The notes under the pieces were generated by a model, which made no database searches, was not told where the DNA came from, and saw only the letters and a program-made list of their open reading frames with translations. A program made the position numbers and the translations under genes. From a virus, in IMG/VR virus record IMGVR_UViG_3300032204_000007: a stretch of DNA of 44,269 bases; one strand, 5' to 3'. This document shows, piece after piece, positions 27,620 to 34,588 of this stretch (the first letter of the stretch is position 1; every line of letters starts with the position of its first letter).

Positions 27620-27736
27620 CGATCAATTTATAGGCTCATCAAAGGGTTAGGTATAAATTCCGTTCCGCAAACGTCTCGGAATGGATGCCTGTAAACCCGC
27701 ATCGTACCGTAGGGCATGCGGCATTTGCGGAACGGT

Positions 27737-28807
27737 TCATCGGGTCGGTTTGATCTTGTCGCCACGTCGATTTCGCACGTAGCGCTCGGTCATCACCACC
27801 GACGAGTGGCCGAGCTGCATTTGTGCCTGGCGGATGTCTCCCGCCGAATCGGTCTTGTCCGTGCCGGCCTTGGCGCGCAGGTCGCGGAACTGGAACGCAT
27901 CCTTCTCAACGCCAGCCGCCAGCCGGGCCTTACGGAACCGCGTGCGCAGCGCCCAGACGCCCAGGCGCTCGCCTGATTCGTTGACAACAAGCGCGGTGCT
28001 CACGACCTTGTAACCCTTCTTTCTGGCACGGATGCGCGCGATCACTGCGGCCAGCTCGCCCACCACGGCAATCCGCAGCTTCTTCTTCGTCTTGCCCTGC
28101 TGGATCTCCAGTTCGTTGCTCCCGTTGATGTGGCGTTCGTCGAAGCGCAGCGTATCTGCCGGACGCTGGCCGGTGAGATAGGCCAGGTCCATCGCGTCAC
28201 GCATCGGCTGATCGGCTTCCTTGTACACGGCAGCGAACACATCATCTTCGACGTACACGTCGCGGCCTTCTTCCTCGTTGCGCTTCACGCCGGCACATGG
28301 GTTCGCTGCGCGCGTGAGGCCGGAGTCGCGCGAGTAGTTGAAGATGTGCGAGAACAGTGCCACCTCACGATTGGCGCGCACGTGGCCGGCATCCTGCGGC
28401 GCGGTGCGTCCTTTCTCCGCATACCATTTGCGCGCCTTCTCGGCGCGCCAGCGGAAATAGGCGCGAATGTGCGTTGGCTCGATCTCATCGAGAGGTGCGC
28501 CCTTGAAGAACTCGCGGAGGTTGTCGAGTTCCTTCACGTTGTCGCTGCGCGTGCGTGGCGATTTGGTGGGCAGCACGTCGGCCACATAGCCGTTGGCTGC
28601 CGTGTCGAACGTGACGATGGGCGCCGGCATCGTCTTGGATTTCTCAAGCTCCGACCACTTGCGCACGGCCTCGACGTAATCGGTGCCCAGCGAGAGTTCC
28701 TTCCGCGGCTTGCCGCCCAGATCGTAGAAATAGTAGGTTTTCGCGCCGCGATGGCGAGCGCGCATGCCGGCAGGCAAGTTGGTGTTGCGCGTCGGTTTCC
28801 TGCCCAT
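27737..28807 (-). CDS. int: tyrosine integrase
   Basis: The N-terminus LPAGMRARHRGAKTYYFYDLGGKPRKE is typical of phage integrases. The C-terminus carries FRDLRAKAGTD...LGHSSVVMTERYV (R..H..R..Y catalytic signature). Confidence 0.92.
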   Translation of the reverse strand: MGRKPTRNTNLPAGMRARHRGAKTYYFYDLGGKPRKELSLGTDYVEAVRKWSELEKSKTMPAPIVTFDTAANGYVADVLPTKSPRTRSDNVKELDNLREFFKGAPLDEIEPTHIRAYFRWRAEKARKWYAEKGRTAPQDAGHVRANREVALFSHIFNYSRDSGLTRAANPCAGVKRNEEEGRDVYVEDDVFAAVYKEADQPMRDAMDLAYLTGQRPADTLRFDERHINGSNELEIQQGKTKKKLRIAVVGELAAVIARIRARKKGYKVVSTALVVNESGERLGVWALRTRFRKARLAAGVEKDAFQFRDLRAKAGTDKTDSAGDIRQAQMQLGHSSVVMTERYVRNRRGDKIKPTR

Positions 28808-28811
28808 GATG

Positions 28812-29060
28812 TCAGCCTACGAGCGAAAGGGCGGGGGGCTGCCATTTCTTCTTCGGTTCGGCAGCGGCAACCTCGGCGGCACGGCGCCCTTCGATCGCGG
28901 CGCGCGCGACGATCGGGCGCCCGCGCGCATTCTCCCAGAACGGGATGCCAGAGGCGCGCAGCCATTCGATCTGCAGTTGCTCGCGCGTGCGCTTGTTCCG
29001 ACCGGTCTTCACGCCGGTCAGCTCTTCGATTTCCTGAGGGGAGAGGAAGGTGTCGCTCAT
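28812..29060 (-). CDS. excisionase-like protein (DUF4224)
   Basis: Internal ATG of ORF 28812..29288. The sequence FLSPQEIEELTGVKTGRNKRTREQLQIEWLRASGIPF matches DUF4224. It lies adjacent to int. Confidence 0.65.
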   Translation of the reverse strand: MSDTFLSPQEIEELTGVKTGRNKRTREQLQIEWLRASGIPFWENARGRPIVARAAIEGRRAAEVAAAEPKKKWQPPALSLVG

Positions 29061-29190
29061 TTCAAGCCCCAGTCTCGTTTCGTCATTTCGATGATGCGTT
29101 GTGCTGCTTCGGTCATGCTGTGCTGTGTTGCAGGTTCTGTATCGCCTGTGGGCGATAAATGCAGAGAATCGCCTTTGGGCGATACGAGTC

Positions 29191-30087
29191 TCATGGGATT
29201 GTTGCCGTTGGGAATCCATCGTGTTGCGCGCCGTCGAGCAGTCGGCCAGCGGCCTTCTTGCCAACCCGCACGGATGAGTCCGTGGCATTCAGTTCAATCG
29301 GCTTATGGTCGTAGGCGCCATCCTGGTGAGCGCCCAGCCATTCGCCCCACTGCTTGAACAGAAAAGGCACATCGCCTGCTTTGCACTGATCGCGCAGGCC
29401 GCGAGCCCAGTCTGGATGCATCGGGCGTGCGCCGGGCCCACTCTCTCCACCAACAATGATCCAGTCCAGCCAGCCCGGCTCGTATTCGTTGCCGCTTACG
29501 TGCAGTAGTTCACCGGTGATGGTGGAGAACACATCCACCGGTCCGAGTAGAGGCTCCATGCTCAGGAATCGCACGCGCGCCGGCACGGCCAGCAGCTTCG
29601 GAATGTCGCGGTCGGCTTCTTTCTGGTTGCAGATCGTGGCGCCGAGCCACACACGACCGTCCCCGATGAGGTCGAATGCCAGGCCGTCGCGCTGCGTGTA
29701 TGAATGCACGTTGCCAATTCGCTTGGTCAGCATCAACCAGTCAAGGTGCGGCGTGTCCGCGATCAACTTGAACAGGTCCATTCGCCATGCGTCCGGCACC
29801 GCGTTGTCGAATACGTCGGCCAAGCTGGCACAGAACACGCGCTGGCGCCGACCATGCTCGGCGAAGAAGTGATCATGGTTGGCGTTCCAGGCGAGTGGCT
29901 TGCGCCAGTTCGCCACGCTGGTGCGCCGGCGCGGAGCGCCCGGCCCCCAGTTGATGGCTGTGCCGCCAGCGAAGCGTGCGTTGCGCGTCTCGGCATAGCA
30001 GTGGTCGCAGCCGGGGCCAACCTTCTGGCAGCCTTCCCACGGGTTGAAGGTGTGATCGGTCCATTCGATCTTGCTGTTCTCGCTCAC
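29191..30087 (-). CDS. phage Gp37/Gp68 family protein (DUF5131)
   Basis: GTG start with RBS aggaggc. The sequences SKIEWTDHTFNPWEGCQKVGPGCDHCYAE and ...WIIVGGESGPGARPMHPDWARGLRDQC...FLFKQWGEW are hallmark DUF5131 blocks. Confidence 0.85.
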   Translation of the reverse strand: MSENSKIEWTDHTFNPWEGCQKVGPGCDHCYAETRNARFAGGTAINWGPGAPRRRTSVANWRKPLAWNANHDHFFAEHGRRQRVFCASLADVFDNAVPDAWRMDLFKLIADTPHLDWLMLTKRIGNVHSYTQRDGLAFDLIGDGRVWLGATICNQKEADRDIPKLLAVPARVRFLSMEPLLGPVDVFSTITGELLHVSGNEYEPGWLDWIIVGGESGPGARPMHPDWARGLRDQCKAGDVPFLFKQWGEWLGAHQDGAYDHKPIELNATDSSVRVGKKAAGRLLDGAQHDGFPTATIP

Positions 30088-30350
30088 GATGCCTCCTTTG
30101 CACGTTTCCGCTTGATAACGGCGACCAAGCCGGCCCGATCGATCTCGACTGCGCCGTGGGCGACAGCCTGCGCGCGCTTTGCCTTGCAGATGTCGTAATG
30201 GCTGTGCGGCGTGCCAGGCTTCTGGTGCCATCGGCGTGCAACACCGATCCGGTCTGCCATCGCATGCAGCTCGTCGTCGGTGTCGGCCACCATGTGGAAC
30301 ATCACCATGCGGCCGAACGGCGCGGCCATGTCATCGACGTAGACGGCCAT
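30084..30350 (-). CDS. DUF4031 domain protein
   Basis: The sequence MAVYVDDMAAPFGRMVMFHMVADTDDELHAMADRIGVARRWHQ...HYDI fits DUF4031 as I recall it. Its stop overlaps the DUF5131 start (GTGA). Its start is 1 nt after the RT stop. Confidence 0.7.
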   Translation of the reverse strand: MAVYVDDMAAPFGRMVMFHMVADTDDELHAMADRIGVARRWHQKPGTPHSHYDICKAKRAQAVAHGAVEIDRAGLVAVIKRKRAKEAS

Positions 30351-30351
30351 G

Positions 30352-31569
30352 TCAGGATTCCTTTGCGGACGAGGCCGCGCGATATGCTTTGGTGAATTGC
30401 TTGTTGATCGCGTGTCCGCGCTTGCGCGCTACGTTCGCAACGCGCGCCCGGTCGGCATGGCTGCCAGTAGCCTGCCGCAGCAGTCCGAAATAGCTGTTGG
30501 CGGCGGCAAAGACCTCCTCGGCGGGCATCTCGCGCAAGCGCTGGATGCCGACGTTGAGCGTTCGCTTGCGGGTGTGGCGCACCCATGGCCGGATGACCTG
30601 GCCCACGAAGTCGATGCCGCGAGAGACCGGCTGCAGGATGGTCTTTTTCGGATTCAGGCGAGCACCCAGACGGGTCGGCAGGAACACCGCGATGGCGTCG
30701 TGTGCCTCGTTGAGCCACTGGGGAGATTCGTGCAGTAGCACGAAATCATCGACGTACCTGATGTAGTGCCGGCAGCGCAGCTCATGCTTGACGAACTGGT
30801 CGAGCTCATTCAGATAGACGTTCGCGAAGAACTGCGACGACAGGTTTCCGATGGGCAGCCCGAGATGCGCGGGCTGTTCCATGAGCCGCTTGTGCGGCGG
30901 CACGCGATCTATCATCCCCGGATCACCAAGGTAGACGAAGTCTTCCCGTGGATCGTGCATCAGCACGAGCTCGGTCAACCCGCGCCAGAACGGCTCGGGG
31001 ATCTTCGAGAGCAGCAGGTCGAGCAAAACGCGCTTGTCGATGCTGACGAAGAAGTTGGCCAGATCGCACTTCAGGTAGTGCGCCGGCTTCGACCAGTTCT
31101 GCGTGATCGAGCGTACCTTTGCGTCGAGGCGCTGGGCGGCGTACAGCGTCCCGCGGCCTTTGATACATGCGCACGAGTCGGCGATGAATGAGCGTTCGAA
31201 GCGCGGTCCGATTCGGTTGTACAACAGGTGGTGCACGATACGGTCGCGGAATTCCGCCGCCCATACCTCGCGGTGCTTCGGTCTGTCGATGACGAAGCAC
31301 TTCGAGCGCCCAGGGACATAGCTGTCGTCGAGCAGCTTGGCGTTCAGGTGAACGAGGTTGCGCTCCAGGTTGGCCTCGAAGGCGAGAGCGCTGGCCGTGT
31401 TGCGTTTCGTGCGCCGGCAGTCGCGGTAAGCCTTGACTAGCTCGGCGCCCGTGAAGCCTTCCGATTCTTTCCAATCTGCGGACAGCGACCGCGCGGAGCG
31501 CGGCGCTCTTGCGGTTGTTGTTCTGGTTGCCGTTGTTGAAGTTCTGGTACCAGGCGTAAGCGGAACCAT
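30352..31569 (-). CDS. DGR-type reverse transcriptase (5' boundary uncertain)
   Basis: RT motifs are present: REVWAAEFRDRIVHH, YLKCDLANFF, the DGR-diagnostic LPIGNLSSQFFANVYLNELD, and YIRYVDDFVLL. The conserved core begins near 31450. The ORF stays open to 31752, and the first in-frame ATG upstream of the core is at 31569, so the TR would lie inside the 5' end. Confidence 0.88.
   Translation of the reverse strand: MVPLTPGTRTSTTATRTTTARAPRSARSLSADWKESEGFTGAELVKAYRDCRRTKRNTASALAFEANLERNLVHLNAKLLDDSYVPGRSKCFVIDRPKHREVWAAEFRDRIVHHLLYNRIGPRFERSFIADSCACIKGRGTLYAAQRLDAKVRSITQNWSKPAHYLKCDLANFFVSIDKRVLLDLLLSKIPEPFWRGLTELVLMHDPREDFVYLGDPGMIDRVPPHKRLMEQPAHLGLPIGNLSSQFFANVYLNELDQFVKHELRCRHYIRYVDDFVLLHESPQWLNEAHDAIAVFLPTRLGARLNPKKTILQPVSRGIDFVGQVIRPWVRHTRKRTLNVGIQRLREMPAEEVFAAANSYFGLLRQATGSHADRARVANVARKRGHAINKQFTKAYRAASSAKES
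31473..31564 (-). repeat. DGR template repeat (TR)
   Basis: The 92-nt segment matches 32117-32208 and 32657-32747. In the sense strand (target frame) it reads SAYAWYQNFNNGNQNNNRKSAALRAVAVRR, with seven AAC codons. It lies between avd and the RT core. Confidence 0.9.
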
Positions 31570-31705
31570 CGTGCTATCTACGTCGCCCGGCCGATTGCTC
31601 AGCGGGGAAACTGCGCCGGACGCTGCCCGGCTGCTGCCGGAGGTATCCGTGGTGCGCATGGCGGTGGCCTTATGAGCCAGCGGCACGACCAGATTGAAAC
31701 GACGC

Positions 31706-32083
31706 TCAGTCATGGCGGCCTTGACCTCCATGAAGCGGGCGCTTGGCTGCATACTTCTTCCACGCCGTGGCCTGTTTGCTGATGCTCTCTGTCAACTGCG
31801 TGACGCCCCAATACTGCTTGGGGGAGATCTTCTGCATATCCAACGAGAGACGCAGCAGCAGCTCAACGAGCTTCACCTTTTCGACCATGAGAGAAAGATG
31901 CGGCACCTTGTCATCGGCAACGTTCGCTCGATAGACCAGGATCAGCAACTTCGAAGACTCGCGCACGATCTCTTCGCCGATCAGGTGCTTGAACGCGCGT
32001 TCCATGTTGGCGACGATCTTCGTCACCTTGCCGAACAGGTCGTAGCCTGTCTTATAGACATCGAGCTCAGTGTGGAGAGCCAT
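31706..32083 (-). CDS. avd: accessory variability determinant (Avd-like four-helix bundle protein)
   Basis: 125 aa, helical, with a basic C-terminus (WKKYAAKRP). It resembles the 23S rRNA-IVS/four-helix-bundle family and sits in the canonical position between the target gene and the TR. Confidence 0.75.
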   Translation of the reverse strand: MALHTELDVYKTGYDLFGKVTKIVANMERAFKHLIGEEIVRESSKLLILVYRANVADDKVPHLSLMVEKVKLVELLLRLSLDMQKISPKQYWGVTQLTESISKQATAWKKYAAKRPLHGGQGRHD

Positions 32084-32097
32084 GGCGTATCAAATGA

Positions 32098-32586
32098 TCA
32101 AATTACGGAAGGAATGAATCTGCGGACAGCGACCGCGCGGAGCGCGGCGCTCTTGCGGTAGTCGTCCTGGCCGCCGTCGAGGAAGTCCTGGCCCCAGGCG
32201 GAAGCGGAGTTCGTCTCGTAGTCCTCTTCCAGCCAATGCGCAACCTTGGCGAATTCGTCGCCCAAGTTCGCCATCAGAAGGCGCCCCTCGCGGCGATTGG
32301 GCAACTTGCCACCACGGCCGGCGGCATACGCTAGGGCATTGGAGTGGCTGAGATCGCCACCATCACCTGGCAGCTTGATCAGGTAATAGTCGAGCGTGCC
32401 CTCTTCCTTGTAGATCGGGCCGGCGAGGCGTTCGCCAGGCGCCAACGGGATCGTGACAGCATCCACGCGGTATTCCGTGGCACGCGGCTGTTCCTTGAAC
32501 TGTTTGATCAGCTCGCCGATGCGCGCGTGATCTGCCTCAATCCGTGCATGCTCGGCTTCGATGTGTTCCAAGGTGACTGCGGTCAT
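32098..32586 (-). CDS. DGR target protein 1 (DUF1566/C-type lectin-like C-terminus; no signal peptide)
   Basis: RBS aggagc. The C-terminus ...SASAWGQDFLDGGQDDYRKSAALRAVAVRRFIPSVI is encoded by VR1. The segment NALAYAAGRGGKLPNRREGRLLMANL is DUF1566-like. Confidence 0.85.
   Translation of the reverse strand: MTAVTLEHIEAEHARIEADHARIGELIKQFKEQPRATEYRVDAVTIPLAPGERLAGPIYKEEGTLDYYLIKLPGDGGDLSHSNALAYAAGRGGKLPNRREGRLLMANLGDEFAKVAHWLEEDYETNSASAWGQDFLDGGQDDYRKSAALRAVAVRRFIPSVI
32117..32208 (-). repeat. DGR variable repeat 1 (VR1)
   Basis: Manual alignment to the TR gives 12 mismatches in 92 nt. Eleven fall at TR adenines (T on the plus strand). The 42 nt at the 3' (sense) end are identical to the TR. 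Confidence 0.9.
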
Positions 32587-32646
32587 TTGATGCTCCTGCA
32601 GAGATGAAAGGGATGGGTGGTTCAGCTCAGTGAATGAGGGAATGGG

Positions 32647-33006
32647 TCAATTTTTGAATCTGCGGACAGCGACCGCGCGGCGCGCGGCGCTCTTGCGGCC
32701 GTAGCGCTGGTTGCCGTCGCCGAAGTACTGGTACCAGGCGCAAGCGGTGTCCCACTCAACATCCTCATCAGTCCAGTACAGATCAGGCTTCACGAGGTCG
32801 CGTTGCTCGTTGTAGATGAAGATGGCTTCGACGCGGTTCATCAGCACGCCGCCGACGCTCTTGGCCCATTCGCGCTGCTTCTCGCGCGGGAGTTCCTCGT
32901 CATTGACGGCGACGATCACGGTGTGCTCGATCTCGCCGTTCTTATCGATGCGGCCATAGAGATAGGTTTCGCCTTCAGCAAGCGGCGGAATTTGGATCTG
33001 TTGCAT
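32647..33006 (-). CDS. DGR target protein 2 (DUF1566/C-type lectin-like C-terminus; no signal peptide)
   Basis: RBS aggagt. The C-terminus ...TACAWYQYFGDGNQRYGRKSAARRAVAVRRFKN is encoded by VR2. The segment WAKSVGGVLMNRVEAIFIY is DUF1566-like. Confidence 0.85.
   Translation of the reverse strand: MQQIQIPPLAEGETYLYGRIDKNGEIEHTVIVAVNDEELPREKQREWAKSVGGVLMNRVEAIFIYNEQRDLVKPDLYWTDEDVEWDTACAWYQYFGDGNQRYGRKSAARRAVAVRRFKN
32657..32747 (-). repeat. DGR variable repeat 2 (VR2)
   Basis: Manual alignment to the TR gives 10 mismatches at TR adenines in the variable part, plus one T-to-G (sense) change in the GC-rich 3' block. Confidence 0.9.
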
Positions 33007-33031
33007 GGTTACTCCTGATGGTTGGGAAAAA

Positions 33032-33421
33032 TCATTGAATCCAGGTGGCCTCAGCGGCCCGATGCGGACGCCAGTTGCGCGCCCATTTCGCGTGGGCCTT
33101 ATCGATGTCGTCTTTCATCTCGGCTTCAATCGGATCGGCTCGCAGCACTTCCAGCTCGGGCTGCTCGGGCCCGTATCGCCAGACGTCGACGAACGCACGC
33201 TTGGTTCCCTTCGGACGCCCTCGGTGCGCCTCATCACGCGCGCGCAGCGCGTGCAGGTGGATCAGGCACGTGGTGCGCGTGAAGCCGGTCCACTCGGCCA
33301 GCTCGGCAGTGGTGCAGCCACGTTCTCCGGCAGCCAGGAGGGCGACGATGATCTTTTGCGAGTTGCGCTCGCCGCGCCGCTTGCCGCCGTTGACGATGTT
33401 TTGCAAGTTCAGGTGAGCCAT
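33032..33421 (-). CDS. winged-helix DNA-binding protein
   Basis: The segment IIVALLAAGERGCTTAELAEWTGFTRTTCLIHLHALRA is wHTH-like. Confidence 0.5.
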   Translation of the reverse strand: MAHLNLQNIVNGGKRRGERNSQKIIVALLAAGERGCTTAELAEWTGFTRTTCLIHLHALRARDEAHRGRPKGTKRAFVDVWRYGPEQPELEVLRADPIEAEMKDDIDKAHAKWARNWRPHRAAEATWIQ

Positions 33422-33492
33422 GGCCGTGCTCGATGCGGTGGAAAAAGAGGGCGGCGCCGACGGGGAGCGTGCCGCCCAAACGAGCGGGACCG

Positions 33493-34140
33493 TTACGCCT
33501 CGATGCGCGTGTCGTCCTGGGCGAGATCGGAGTTGGCGAATGGGTCATCGCTGCCGCCTTTCTTCTCGGCGGCGGTCTTCTTGGGGGTGCCCTTGACGTC
33601 GGCCGGCTTGAGTTCCTGCTGCTTCTCTTCTGGCGCGATCAGACTGATCTCGACTTCGGTCTGGGCCATGTGGTCGATGCGGCCCTGCACTTCGGCGCCC
33701 GGCTTCGAGTAGGCGCTGAACAAGACAGTCACCGTGCCGCCCGGTTGGAGGTTCACGGCAAAGTCGGACAGCTCCACCTCGGCCAGCCGGATCTCCGACG
33801 CCTCGCTGGCGCCGCAGTGGTAGGTGAGGCGGTAGCCGGCCATTTCCTTGGTGAGCTTCAGCGGCATGTTGACCAGCGGAAGCTTGCGCTGGGTGAGGTC
33901 GACATCCTGGCGCGGCAGCGACATCTCGTCCTGACCCCTCTCGTTGGTCTGCGTCTTGCCGTTGTCTTTCTCGTAGAAAGCCTTGCGCAGACCCGGCTCC
34001 AGCACATCGAGCACCGTGTTGTCGGTCTGGTATTCGAACTTCACACTGCACGCGTGCTCGCGCTTGTCGCCCTTGAACTCGGCAACGTTGGTCACGCTGC
34101 GGACCTTCACGAGCTTCTGCTCGATCTCGAACATCTTCAT
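33493..34140 (-). CDS. hypothetical early protein
   Basis: Listed 215-aa ORF in the same orientation as the operon. No motif recognised. Confidence 0.5.
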   Translation of the reverse strand: MKMFEIEQKLVKVRSVTNVAEFKGDKREHACSVKFEYQTDNTVLDVLEPGLRKAFYEKDNGKTQTNERGQDEMSLPRQDVDLTQRKLPLVNMPLKLTKEMAGYRLTYHCGASEASEIRLAEVELSDFAVNLQPGGTVTVLFSAYSKPGAEVQGRIDHMAQTEVEISLIAPEEKQQELKPADVKGTPKKTAAEKKGGSDDPFANSDLAQDDTRIEA

Positions 34141-34163
34141 GGTGGTGCTCCTTTGGAAATGGA

Positions 34164-34358
34164 TCAGCGTTGCTTCGGAAGACGTGCATCGATGTCGCGG
34201 ATGCGCGCAACGACGCGCTCGGGCACGGCGATAACTTCGGCGTCGTTCTCGATGGCGCGCACAGCCGGCCGCAGCAGCTCGCGGTCAATGGGTGGCAGCG
34301 TTTCGAGGTGCGGGGCGATTCGCGCGAGTGCTTGGCGGATGGCGCAGTCGGCGGTCAT
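34164..34358 (-). CDS. hypothetical small protein
   Basis: Internal ATG of ORF 34164..34493 overlapping the upstream stop (ATGA). Confidence 0.4.
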   Translation of the reverse strand: MTADCAIRQALARIAPHLETLPPIDRELLRPAVRAIENDAEVIAVPERVVARIRDIDARLPKQR

Positions 34359-34588
34359 ACGGGTTCCCCAGGACGTTGCACGGAATGGGGGCGCCCGATG
34401 ACGTTCAAACGACCGCCCGTGGTCATGCAACCGGCGGCCTGCCATATGGGGGCATCGAGATTGCCGACGTTCTCCCATGTCCACCCACGACAAGCGCCAA
34501 ACTCATCCCGGAGCCCAAATGCACCGGTGCCGCCCGTGAGGCAATGGGTAGGTCTTGTGCTGACAAGACGCTTGACCTGAGTAGTCAT
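34355..34588 (-). CDS. hypothetical small Cys-containing protein
   Basis: Listed ORF with ATGA coupling at both ends. Confidence 0.4.
   Translation of the reverse strand: MTTQVKRLVSTRPTHCLTGGTGAFGLRDEFGACRGWTWENVGNLDAPIWQAAGCMTTGGRLNVIGRPHSVQRPGEPV

Larger units (their letters stand above)
27503..27732. repeat. TTGCGGAA arm-type repeats flanking the attP core (candidate integrase arm sites)
   Basis: There are four copies: 27503-27510 and 27522-27530 (direct, both TTGCGGAAAAGC), 27663-27670 (inverted, TTCCGCAA) and 27725-27732 (direct). Confidence 0.5.

Noticed and set aside
27572-27660. An intact tRNA gene.
   Set aside because: Only the anticodon loop, T-arm and acceptor 3' strand are present. 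The sequence 5' of the anticodon stem does not pair and has no D-arm, so this is a tRNA fragment serving as the att core.
30325-30350. The YVDD peptide at the N-terminus of the DUF4031 protein as a second RT active site.
   Set aside because: It is a coincidental tetrapeptide in an 88-aa protein with none of the other RT motifs.
30352-31752. The reverse transcriptase as a retron, group II intron, Abi or defence-associated RT.
   Set aside because: A TR/VR pair with adenine-restricted mismatches, an Avd-like gene and the IGNLSSQ motif point to a DGR. I saw no intron ribozyme-like domains and no msr/msd-type inverted repeats next to the gene.
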